NCBI GenBank assembly: GCA_002633005.1
Contig: NMRA01000013.1
Location: forward strand, 230,033-294,032
Direction: 5' to 3'
DNA length: 64,000 nucleotides
Origin: Phoronis australis
Lineage: Eukaryota; Animalia; Phoronida
A program made the position numbers and the translations under genes. This document shows, piece by piece, positions 27,776-40,600 of this stretch. The notes under the pieces are model-generated. The model did not search any database. It saw only the letters and a program-made list of their open reading frames with translations, and had not been told where the DNA came from. Numbering within the stretch: the first letter of the stretch is position 1; every line of letters begins with the position of its first letter.

Positions 27776-30304
27776 GGGCCAGCGGCATAGTTTACTGGCT
27801 GGACTGTCTTTACATGCATACACACATATCCATACATATAAGTTTTGTATATGTATATCAGTAAAGTTCGGCAGTAGCCGCTCCTTGACTAAACTTGATT
27901 AAAAACGCGATTCTAATGGGCAAGCCAACCTCTGCATTTACAGTAAGTGCTAACACGTGCTGGACTGGGTTGCATAAAACTTTAAACTTATCCACTTTAA
28001 TCGAATACTTTTGATTGGTGCATGACTACCCATGGTTCAACGTTATCAACGTGACGTGTGATAATGCGACATCCTTTTTGTTATTATCCAGCTTACAACT
28101 TTTATGCAGCCGTGCTCGGAAAACTATCAAACTGAAGCGAAACTCATTTTTGCCGTGGTCAGTAAGGATTTCATCCAAACCCTGCTTTCTTCGTAACGTC
28201 TTGAGTCTTGTCTTCTATGTTAAATCGTGGATCATATTTACACTTCATTAAACTTATGAGGTAGCAACAAGATAGAACAGATCAACTTGAATCTTCTTCA
28301 GATGTAATATTACAAGTGTTACGTACATGCACGGAAGTTGTGTCATGCGCAGATCTATCGCTTAGCGAAATGTGTGCGCTGTCAGTATACTGCTTGTAGC
28401 TGTAAGTTATGGTGTTCATGGAATAGATTACGTGTAGGTGATAAGTTGCCCAACACGTCGTCGAAAAAATCAAGGAAATGTGGATGTTACTGTGATCTCA
28501 ATGAAAAATCACAAAGCTTCAAAAAGCATGTCTGGACAGTATTTCGCGCACGTAATAAGGTTTTAGGTCCATTTGAGATTAGAAAACACATGGTTCAGCG
28601 GGTTAAATTAGAACTAAAATGTATTTGATGAAAAGTGACCTTTAGTGACGAAGGTTTCTGGTAGTTAACTTGAAACAAGAGAGCCAGCAAGTCATTATCT
28701 CGTGAAAAAGGGAACGTGTATGCCAGAGATAAAACCTAACGAGTAAGCGCACTGCATCAGCATCAGGCGGGCTAAAGAATATACTGGCCAGTTATGAACG
28801 AGACCGTCAAGTGTATTACCATAGGATGTTGTATATTTGTAAATGGATTAGCTTTATTGATTCTTTGAATCACGGTGTGAACATTTTGGTACAAGGTTAA
28901 ATACATGTACTCAGCCTAAGAAATTGATCGTTTCACACTGTCTCGAAGCTCTTTAGCTAACTGTTCGTCGTTTGCTTTACGATATTTCTGTGGCTAAACG
29001 TGACTTTGCTTACTTTTAGACGCTGGTTGACTAAAACGTACTCAAAGCATGTTGAAAGTATCACAATGGATAAGCTTTTAGCGTTATTACATTTCCAAAC
29101 TTCATTTATAGGTATAATACGTCCGCGCACACACCCATCAGTTAAAAGTGGCGCATCTCTAAATTACTTAAAATTGATTTCATCCATTTTAATTAGATTA
29201 ATTATACAAAATTCTAAGAGAAAATGTGTGGAAAACTGTCACTCATTTCCTCCAAATCTTGCATTATGTAATGGCTGTCGTGGATATGTCAATTCTATCT
29301 TGACCAATACTTTTATAAACTGCTTTAGTTATCTCCGATCTGCTCTGCTTCGATTTCCCTAAAAAATTATGAATAGGGCTACCTGCATCTCTGTCACTGA
29401 CTGGATGACACACAGGATATGACCGTTCAATGAACCTCAAACAATCGTTGTTGTGATTTCTGTAGCCATAGCAACATTTTCAACGTTTTTCCTCAGCGGT
29501 TACACTCTACACGCACGATAGCCATAGCTCTGAACTCCCCCGGGATGCAAATGGTTGTTTATTAGCACGGCCGTCAGCATGTTTCTTTGCACCAAATCTA
29601 TGCATAAAGAACACGTGCGGACGGAGTCTTTTTGGAAAACACAAACAAAAAATTGTTGTTTCCAGTAAAAACGTAATGGTGTGGACACGAGTCTTGAGTG
29701 CACCTCCTTGCAAATGCTTATGGTTACCATGTCACGTTTATAGATATGTATTAGCAATAATATGTATTGATAAATTAATGATCAAGATAATCCTCATGTT
29801 AATAAACATTTCATAAAGTCACCTTTCTTCCAAGAAAGCATAATTTTCTTAATTTATTCTCCTTGGAAAGCGTTTCATTTGATATCGTACTTATTACAGT
29901 TGCTAACACAGTGGTTCACTGACTCCAGGAGAGTCTTTTTCTTTGTGATTCCATCATTTACAAGTCGTGCTTCGCTGAACACACTGTGTGCGCTACTCGT
30001 AAGGAGCTTCTTGATTATGTTTTAACCTTGTTGCTGAGCTAATAGCTTGTTTTATTTTAATCTTAAGGGTTAAATTTAGGCTAAACAAATATGAAATACA
30101 TTCGTTTACACATAATCAGAGCAACGAGAATCTAACTGGCTTGCGATAAGGTGTGTTGTTTATGAAATTGAATCTGTTTGAAACACGAATTAGTGATTTC
30201 TCTGATGCGTAATTCGAGTGACATACCGGCTTCCACCAGAAACTTCTGTCCAAACGAAAGTAACTTATGATTTTCATGTTTTTTTTAAATCTGTTTAAGG
30301 TTCC

Positions 30305-30345
30305 ATTGGTCAGTTAGTGACCTGAATACGCGCGCTTATTATAAA
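30305..30345 (+). promoter_or_regulatory. Candidate core promoter of the aGPCR (reverse CCAAT plus TATAAA)
   Basis: ATTGG at 30305 and TATAAA at 30340-30345, upstream of a strong donor ACG|GTAAGT (30609/30610) and acceptor TTTTCTTTTCTTTTCAG (ends 31009) that would define a 5'-UTR intron. Confidence 0.4.
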
Positions 30346-31464
30346 CCCGAGTTCCCTCCTAGAAGCCAACTTTTGCTTACACCACTAACCGCTATGAATT
30401 TGTTCTCAACATGTTCGTTACTTCTGAGATTGCAAATAACTGACAGCTCATTAATAGTTGAGACCATAATCGGCGCATAAAATGGCACGCAGTGACTGAC
30501 AAGCAGACCAATATAGTCTCATCTCATGCAATACGAAGTGTTAGTTTTTAGAAACCCTGCTGAAATCATTTCTAATTTGACTAAGAACAGTCTTAGACTA
30601 AGTTCAACGGTAAGTGATAACAATCGAAAGTAATTTTTGCGATGAAAGCTTTAAGTAAAACCAATGGGTGAGTTTTAAGATAACGTATATGTCAAAGTTG
30701 ACGTATTCTATACAAATTGATTGAACTTGTTTGTTTTCAATTCAAATTCAACTAATTATTTTACTGTTATGTAATTATACTTTATACAAGACTAGATAAA
30801 GCCTTTGATATACTAGGAATACCAAATTGCGACACTGCGCGTGACAATCGGGCACAATAATAGCGCCTATGTTGAAACAGTCGAGCAAAAATACGTGTAT
30901 TTCGAAAAAATTTTTTTTTTCGATTTAGGTGAATAAGCCAGCATACGTATATATAAACGGTATTAACCGGAGGCGACACAAAAGTTCACTTGTTTTCTTT
31001 TCTTTTCAGGAAGCTTCAAGCGCCGCTTACTCAACCGGAAGTTCGAATCTCATTTTGTTACGAGCATTGTAAGAAGATCAGATCGATGGAAGTGTAATTA
31101 TATCTACCAATTAAATGCCCTGCAGTGTGAAGTTTGAACAAGTGAAATTTCAATAGGCCCTCGCTCATCGTAAACATTCTCTGCTGAAACGGAGGCGACG
31201 TTAATTAACAAAGTCACTGGATGTCGCAATGGTAGATTGTCGTTTATAGCTTTCCAGGTGCGGTGATGAAGCCAAGCAGGCACCGGTGAAGATCGCTTCA
31301 GCAATGCAATCACGTGTCAAACATTGATTATATTTTTGAATGGTAGTGCAACGGCACCAACTGATTCTGAAATTCCTGGTGTTGAAGATTTGACTCATCA
31401 TTACTAGCTAACATTCCAACATTTTATCGTTACCACAATCCGAGATTAACTGTGATCACTTAAG

Positions 31465-31691
31465 ATGGAATTGATATTTATTATTGCTGTCCTCGCCGCT
31501 GGGATTTATACCCCGCTGTCGCGTGCGGCCGCACCCGTGATTCCCGGTGCTCAGACCGGAGTCTGTGACGTACTCCAGGACGGCACTTCTCTATGCCAGT
31601 GCGACACTAGCAGGACTAAAGTGCAGTGCAAAGACAAAAAACTAACTGCAGTGCCAGTTGCTGAAAAGTTCCCAGCCTCCACCAAGACATT
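31465..31691 (+). CDS. aGPCR coding exon 1: signal peptide and LRRNT cap
   Basis: aagATGG context; hydrophobic [13 protein letters not shown]; [21 protein letters not shown] pattern; donor TT|GTGAGT (phase 2). Confidence 0.9.
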
Positions 31692-34600
31692 GTGAGTATT
31701 TGGTTCAACTGTTTAGCTAATTCGATTTTTTTTACTGTTACATGCTGGTCGTGAACTTGGTGTTGCTTGCAGATTTTGTGAAACCAATTCTCCATTAATA
31801 ATTTGGAACGAGAGAGCCGCACTGGTTGATAAAATACATCACGTGAGCCAGATACATTCTTGAATCACGTACGGAGTTATGGCATAAATTTACATGGTGT
31901 CATTTTAATCGTTTAATAATGATAACGATATTTAAGAGCTTTGGATCAACTACACTCGCAAGTTAAAAGGTTTGCACTCGTGAATTTTGGTCACATCATT
32001 TTTATGCCTGGTCGTATATTGCCTTCGTCTCTGTTCAAAACCCTTGGGACCTCGTTATGAAAATTGACAGAAGTGTTCCTGTGAAGTTGACGACGGATGG
32101 CGACGACTTTCGGAAGAGCCCGACTATCACCGTTACTCTTTTTAAATAAATCTTAACAGTATTTTGCGTTTGCTTCTGTATCCTCGGAGTCCATTGGCGT
32201 TTTTTTGACATTTGTTGAAGCTGATATAGGATAACGACGAGTTTCAGACCAGGACCCCTTATGGTCAATTTTACATTTTTACACTCTCCTGTGTATCTCC
32301 AGAGGTCATTGATGGATATTTGTGAAATTGAGCAAATAAGTTTGTATTAAGGAGACGACTATGCTGTTCTCTTGTCGGGTGGACTTCACGTATTTTGAGA
32401 CGCTTAATGGCCATTTTTATGCGCCCACATATTTATATGTGGACGCATTATGCCGTCGTCTCTGTCCGTCCGTCCGGGCGGCGTCCGGCGTCCGGCGTCC
32501 GCTGCTCTATCTCCAAAACCCTTTGACATACGTTCATGAAATTTGGCACATATGTTCCATTCATGACTGGGACGGCATGTGCGAATTTTCGGACGGATCC
32601 GACTACCGGTGTGCCCCCTAGTGGCAATTTTAGTTTTTTACGCTTACCTTTGTATCTTCAAAAGTCCTGAACGGATTTTCATGAAATTTGGTATGTAGGC
32701 ACCTATTAGTGAGATGACGCTATCCTACTGTTTTCAGATGGATTCGACGTAGTTTGCGCCACCTAGTGGCCATTTTTACTGTTTTCGAGTCTGTATTTTT
32801 GCGTCCACCCCTCTATCAACCAAACCGCTCAAAGGATGATTGTGAAAATTGGCGTGTATGTGCTTACTATAAGGAAGACAGCTGACAATGATTTTCAGAC
32901 GATTTGGACTACTGTGGCGCCTCCTAGTGGCAGTTTTGTTTTTTTGCGCCCATGGCTGTATCTCCCAAACCGTTTGCAGGATCTTTACTAAATTTAGCAA
33001 GTGTATTTATGTGATGTTGACAACGGACGATGACGACTTTAGGATGATTCTGACTACCGGTATGCCTCTAGTGGCAATTTTAGTATTTGCCTCTAGTGGC
33101 AATTTTAGTATTTTACATTGACCTCTGTATTTTCATAGGTCTTCAGGTGTATACTTTGTGTTACTTCGTGACTATGAAGGAAAAGTTCCAAGTAGAAATT
33201 TGTTTCTGGCATTCTAATGCTGTGCTAATCTCGTATGTTGGTAAATTTGTTTTTAATTCTATGTTTCTGTGGTGCTTTAAGCAACTGGTGTATAGGATGT
33301 GCTTGTATTATGAAGATTACTCACATTTTGCCCCTAGCCTATTGAGGAGACAATGACCATGCCTTTCCATTTTGTTAAGTACAACATACTACATATATGC
33401 CCTCTACTGGCCCCTTTATGGTACCAATAAACAACCCTAGAAGGATACCGTATGCGGTGCAATTGTGGGCGCATTTCAACGCTCTGCGTTGCCCTTGTTA
33501 TAATTCGAGCTCGTGTTTGTAGCCAGCCTCTTTATTTGTCAAACTGCTTATACATGAACGATTGTTTTAAATCTTAGAGTGATATAAGTACCAATTTCAC
33601 AACAAAACACCAAAAACAACCCCATCAGTCGACCATTGAGCTATCAAATTAGAACAGTCGCAAACACTGTCTGACGAATTATGTTAATTAGGTGATCTCG
33701 AAGTACAATCATTTCCTGACAGAAACATATTACGTAAATTCAGGACAACCAATCACAGCCCCAGTCATCCTCAACAGTGTTTAGCGTGAAAAGTCGTCAG
33801 GCATTGCCACTAGTTTTCCCGTGGTTTATGGCATAGGAAGGAATGATGAGACGTTACGTTTGTTGTGATTGTGACAACTTAGTATTTGGTCGCGCACTGG
33901 CTCTTTTCACTTTCCCGCTGGACATCGCGAAGCGCGTATGTGGCACAAGTTTGCACAAGAAATTTGTGTAATATTGAATTTACGATTTTGATACGCAGTG
34001 CTATAAAAGAAGGTTTAATGATGCTGGCAATGTAGTCGCTTGTCAAACAAGGTAAATGGTAGTTTTAAGCACCTTTTGCAGATGTGTTCCCGATGAGAAG
34101 ACCGTGGCTTACGCTTATTTTTGGACGGGTCTTACTACTGTGGCACCTCCTAGTGGTGATATTTTCCTTTTTGCATAATCTTTGTGATATTTTGCGAGTG
34201 TGGTCCTATAAGTGTGACAACGGCTGCTCACGACTTTTGGACGACTCTGAATACCGCTGTGACCCCAAGTGACATTTTTAATTTGTGCGTTTACATCTGT
34301 ATCTTCAGAGTTCGTTGAAGATTTTTTTAGAAATTAGTGGCTGTTTTTGCTATTTTTGAATCATTTGCCTGTGTTTACTCAGTTGTTTAGAGGACCATTA
34401 CGGAAATTGGCGGATATATTCCTGCTGGTAAGAACACGACTGGCGTGGATTTTCAGACGGGTCCAACTGCTCTGATGTCCTCTAGTGATTTTTTGCTTCT
34501 GCGGCAGTCACTCCAAAACTCCTTGCAAAATCTTTTGGAATTCTGGAAAATGCATTCCTAGTAACGTCACAACAGATGCAAGGGTCGGACTACCGCTTCG

Positions 34601-37600
34601 CCTTCTAATGGCAATTTGTTTTTTCACGTTCGCCTCTGTAATCCGTGACTGATTTTCATGGAAGTTAGCAAATATCTTTCTATTATGGAGACGACGACAC
34701 TTTTTTATTTTTGGACGCATTTGACACGTTTTGCGCTATTTAATGTCCATTTTGTGATACTAATAAACATCTTGGAAACACACCGTCATTTCCTGTGCAG
34801 TCGTGGACGTACGGCAACTTTCCACGTTAGTCATTTCTGGTGTGTTTTTGTTGTCTGTTTCCTTCTAGAACTGCCAAACTGCACGAACGATCATTTTGAA
34901 AACTGATAGAGAAGTCCGGGACTTGCATTGATTTTCAATCTGGACGGAGTACTGTGGTGCCCTGGTGTCAATTTTTTCATTGACGGCTTTATTCCTAAAC
35001 CTCTTGTAGGATATATGTGTAAGTGTGAACGTGACAACTGTTGACGATTTCTTTCGGACGGATCCAACTACCGCTGAACTTCCTAGTCACAATTTCTTAT
35101 GTTTGCATCTGTACCTATGGAGTTCCTTGGCGGATTTTCATGAAATTATGCAGATAAGTTTCTATTAGGAAGGTGACGTCGTCTTCTCATTTTCGTACTA
35201 GAATGACATACTCTGCGCCATCTGATGGTCATTTTGATGATACTAATTAACGCCCCTAGAAGCATATCGTTTGCGGTGCAGTCGTGCACGCATGTTAAAT
35301 AATATTGCAGTTATGGAGGTGCATGCAAATTCATTGCAAGCAAAACTTGTTTGTAGTTCATACTTAGAAACTTTCTGTTAATGAAGATTTCTGCGCTGCT
35401 ATTAAACCGCAATTCTAAGCACACGATGCAATCTTCATTTTGCCTTCTGCTTCAGAGAACTAGAAACGAATCCTATAAAAGACATCCCAGCAGGCGCATT
35501 TTCATCTCTGACGAGCCTTAAATATCTGTGAGTATGAATTCAGGAATCTTTAGCGCTTTAACCATGTTAAGCTACAGTGATAGCCTTTCTAGTTGGACAA
35601 AAATTGTCCTTCTATGCAATATGTAACGCTTTTGTCGTGAACAAATACCTCAGAGTTCGAAAGTAAATTTTTGTTGTATTGTGCAATCATGGACCCTTTT
35701 CGAAAGACACAGACATGTGGCTATTCTTTTCTATTCTGTTGAGTGATGTTAACATGGGAGGAATGTTTACATTGAACTTGAATCTGTTAAACATCTGACA
35801 CATGTTGATACCTTCGGTTTCAATCGTATTGACTCTCACGTTACACGCCTAATTGACTAAATTTTGCTTGAATTTAATTGTCCAGTTACAATTTTTGACT
35901 TTTTGTTTCAGAAACCTGAATAATCTCCATTTGGAAAAGATTGAGGATAACGCCTTTTTAGGATTAACGCGATTGACAGAGATGTACGCATATTCAATTA
36001 CACTAAATTGACAATAAGCACTAGTGTTGCACGAAACAGTGCCAATATTGAGACAACTATGTTCCTTAAACTTTCAGCGCATTTGTGGAGGTAGTGCAAA
36101 CACTGACTGTCCTTTTTATGACATTGTCTTCTTTGCTACGCCAAGTTTAAACTCTGATGCACACCGAACCTAAGCTAAAGTAAACTACGTGGAATTGTAA
36201 TATCATTTAACTAAACAAGGGCATATTATTTCCATAAAACGTCTTTTATTAGAAAAATAACATTTAAGGAGTAAACAAATTTTACGAATGCGCTAAAAAG
36301 TTAGGGACCATTGTTGAGTCCCATTGGGACTGTATCAAGAAACCCGGCGCTTGACCCTTTGTTGCGTTAAGATGATGGACTTGATTTTTTCGCAAATAAG
36401 TTACAGCAAGACGCCGCCATATCAACCCCTTACAGGTAAAAATATAGCCGAGTAATTCGTGTAACGCTGTCGTCACTACATTTTGTGCAAGTGATTTTTG
36501 AAGACCCTTGCAGTATCAATGAGGCCAAGCGGAAGTTGCAAATTTCAAAAGGAATAAATCAACCTAACGGTGGTGAATCGTTCGTCTAAGCTTTAACTGA
36601 ATTCCATTCAGACCGAGATTTTATGACGTGTAATTAGGAATAGACAAACTCCTCGAGTTGAAAAATCCAAACAAAGTGTTCCACGCTAAAACATGTGCCA
36701 AACGATTGCTTTTGAAAGATGACCGTGTGTGGGATTTAAATATTGTCTGCTAACTCTGGTGGGTAAATATCTGTTTTGCTAGCAACAAAGTTTTACGCTC
36801 TGTTCACATGTTTCATATTCTTGGGAGAATGTCTTTGTCAACTGTTGTGGACAAATATGTAACAGTGAGTAGTGACGTTCCGAGGATTGAGATGAGCGCC
36901 TCTGAGGGGCGTCTTCTAAGTAGCGCAACTTGTCTTAATCTCACTTGGGTTTCTTAAAAATTCTTGCACTGAGATCTGACTAAATAAGCTCCTAATAGCC
37001 ACCTGCAGGGTCACCCCGCGAAAATCTCTGCGATAGGGTACGTCAATCATTTCTAATTATATCGTACACCGTATTAAAACGCCTTGCTGAGTATTCTTAC
37101 TTTTCTTACAGTAAGTCATTCTATTTTCAGAGCTTTGCTCGGTAACGAGAACAGTAAACTATCTGCCATCACATCCAGAACATTTGCCCATCTATGGAGC
37201 CTAGAGCGGCTGTAAGTATTCTGGTGAATTAAGGATACGCTCATTCTTAGCACTTTAGATATCCAAATTACTTTGTACAAACTTTATATTTACTGTTATG
37301 AGCGGAGGTCTCCGTTTTTAGCACATTATAACCAGATGGTAGCTTTGCGATAAAAGGTTTCTCGTTATGTGTTTTCGTTCGTGGACTATGAGGAGTACAT
37401 AAGGAACGTCAATCAAGTTCTTTATATGGGCATTAATGTACATAATTATTCACACATAATTATACAACGGTTGTGAATGGACTGGGTTTGCTATCCAAGC
37501 TACGAGCATCCCTTCTTTCTTAGCGAATTTTGTCTCCATCGGTTTAACTCACTGTTAGCCATCTAAAATACAATTTCCCACATTCCTATAAACCGCGGGA

Positions 37601-40600
37601 AAAGTGAGAAGGAATTTGTTTCTAGTCAATTAAACTGCCGAAACGTGGCCAGGAATTTTAATTATGTATAGTCAAATCCCGTTTGGTTACTAACTCTGAG
37701 TTACAAAAGTCCCCGCCACGTTCGAAGGTTACTGGAAAATGTTTTGGTTAATAAACACGGATGTAGTCCAAAAAATCCATACGAACTTAGTTGGGTTTAT
37801 TATTTTGACCGTGGCTGGCATGAACATGAAACAACTCTTTGTTAACGCTTCTGCTTGGTTCTGTTGATTTACAAACTGTTGAACCTTTAATGCACAAGCG
37901 AATGTATGTTTAAAAATCTTGTAAAAATATATACTTTCGGTTTAATGAAAAGAACTCTATAACAAGGTTTCCGTCTTCTATTGCAGAAATTTAAGAGGTA
38001 ATCCCATCAAGACTGTAGCTGGCGATGCCTTTTACGAGAACATCAACCTGACAACTGTGTAAGAGACTCCTGTCTATAATTATTCAAATAATTCAATACA
38101 TGGCCCTGAAAAAAACAGGTGTCCTACTGTGACCCCGGGCACCGACAGAGCTGGGTCAATCACAGAGTTAGCTGAAATCGCTTTCCTGTAGTCAGTAGCG
38201 TGCAGAGGTTTGATGATACCCGGAACGGCATGTTATTTGGATGCCTCTCTCTCCACTCAAATCCATGGATTCTAGTTCTAAGTAAAGTATAAAAAATGAA
38301 ACACAGATCAGAAGCTTTGTTCAATAGAATTACAGATCATTATGGTAATTCAGTAAATGAAAGGACTGTGGGCAGGTAATTGCTGTATGCATAGCGGGAT
38401 ATTTTATTTGAGTGACAGCTCCATAACCTTAGAACTTGGATAACAATGTTAAAAATTTCTAGGCTGTTGAGGTGGGTCATGGAAATCGTTTTTTTTTTCT
38501 ACCGTGAACAAGCAAGATGTAGATTTTGAAGTTAACTAGAAATGAAGATAAAAGATTTATCCACTCAGGTATTCAATACTGCAGCAAAAATTTTAAAAAA
38601 TAGGGTAAGGTCCTACATATCCTTAATGAAGTTTAGATTGTAGCCACCGTTAGCCATGTAGCCACCGTTAGCCATGTAGCCACCGTTAGCCATGTAGCCA
38701 CCGTTAGCCATGTAGCCACCGTTAGCCATGTAGCCACCGATAGCCATGTAGCAGGGAACTCCAAACTGCGCGTCTATAAGGTACATGAATATATATTGTA
38801 ACTGAGGTAAAGCTGCCCTGGACCGCCATCTTGAGACTAAAGACTGCAACCAGGAACCACTTGGATCGATGAACTGCGTGCATTTATAGATATTGTAGAT
38901 ACGTTTACGACCATTGATAGCAAGGGAGCTGTTGTTTTTAGCCATGTTGATGCGGGAAACCAATGATGTAGTTGTAAATCACCATTCTAGTCAATGCACT
39001 TTCGTATTCATTGTACAGTTATAAATGAAACACTGACATATCATGTGCCTGGATTCTGAAAATTTTACTGAAAAGAAATGGCCAACTACGCCGAATTGTC
39101 GGCCGATTTGGGGTTAATTGGATTGTCATTTATTTTAATTGTTTAGACATCTGGGCACCAGACTAGAGTGCGACTGCTCATTGCTACCTTTCAAAAGATG
39201 GGTGGACAGCAAGAAGTCCAGGATAAACATAAGTGGTCTATGTGACGCTAAATCTCAGGGTTCCACAGCCAACAAGAGATTAACCGAAGTATCAGTAAAG
39301 GAATTTGGAGATTGTGAAGGTATTATACTGAGCTTTGTGTGGTATGTTCATAAAGGAATGTCGTCTACAGATGATGGGCTTGGTTTCCATCTTGGGACTA
39401 GATTTCTGTGTTTCCCTAGGTATCGGTCAAGAACGGTCTAACAATGTTGTTGTGGCTTGTGTAAAAACAATTTATTTAGAATTTTTACCGTCTGTCAGAG
39501 ACACGGCATTCGTAACCCACCGCCTTGTTTGATTTTACATTATTTGAAGGGAATTACAAAGATATATACTCCTTGCCCACTTCGCTCGTAGTCAAGGATT
39601 TTGCTTGGCAAATCACTCATTTGAATCCTATGTTGAAAACCGTTTTTCACCAACCCTGGTAGTCTACTGTATCAACCATTTAGCCAACTAATTGAACAAT
39701 GGTTGGGTTTTCGAACCACCAAATCACCGCATACGTGCTCCTCGGTATGGGTAACCGAGTTCGTTCTTATGGCCTTCCTTGGACGACTTTTTATTATTTT
39801 AAATGCATAAGGTTACCCAGATAGATTACTTAAGCAACGCAAGGAATTATAATTTGATCACTCAAACGTTAGATCGTCTAATGATACGTAAAGTTGCGTT
39901 TTCGCGCCATATTGCGTCACCGCGAGAACACACAACAACGATCGAAAGGCCTAAAGTAGCTGTATTGAATAAGGGTTTGAACAGAAAACTATATACGGAT
40001 TCTCGAGAAGACGAGAAGAAATTTAAGTCAATGTTCCTAGTCGCTACTATTTGGCAAATTAATGACATCGGTGTTATCAGATCCATACCCAAAGCATACT
40101 GACAACCAAATGCACGAGTGGTACTGTTCAAGGTAATCATTTAAGGTGCTCAGAATTAAACTTGCAGTTTGCCGACCATGTTTCCCGGCGAATCTACTTG
40201 TAACTTTACTTGAGTAGGCTCATTGATTCTGCGTTATTTGTATCAACTAGGCCTACGTGTTTCTTTTCAGATAAACCAAAGCCGAATCAGGCTTGCTACG
40301 CTTGTGAACAGTCTAAGACAGAAAACTGTACGGCCGTCACCAATTGTAAGGTATCAGTCTTCGTTGAAGTCATGTCCTTTGTCATGCTTTTGCATCTTAA
40401 CTGTATGCATACACTACTTGTACATGACAATGAAGTAGTTCTGAGGTGCGGTTCTGTTGTTCTTCGTTTCGTACTCTCTCGATGCCATACATGTATCTTC
40501 TAAAGTGGTATGGGTTTGGACAAGATTGTCCACACAACGCACTTTTGTCGCACGCAGGTAATGTACTGATTTTTCCTCTGGTCTCTAATCAGGCAATCGG

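Noticed and set aside
37100-37130. TTACAGTAAGT as a recursive splice site
   Set aside because: The AG and GT share one G (not AG|GT), and it lies only about 20 nt from the real acceptor.
38613-38963. ORF with (GGYMAN)n repeats, a possible CRISPR array or neuropeptide precursor
   Set aside because: Pure 18-bp minisatellite with no spacers. No signal peptide or dibasic cleavage sites, and it is antisense within an intron.
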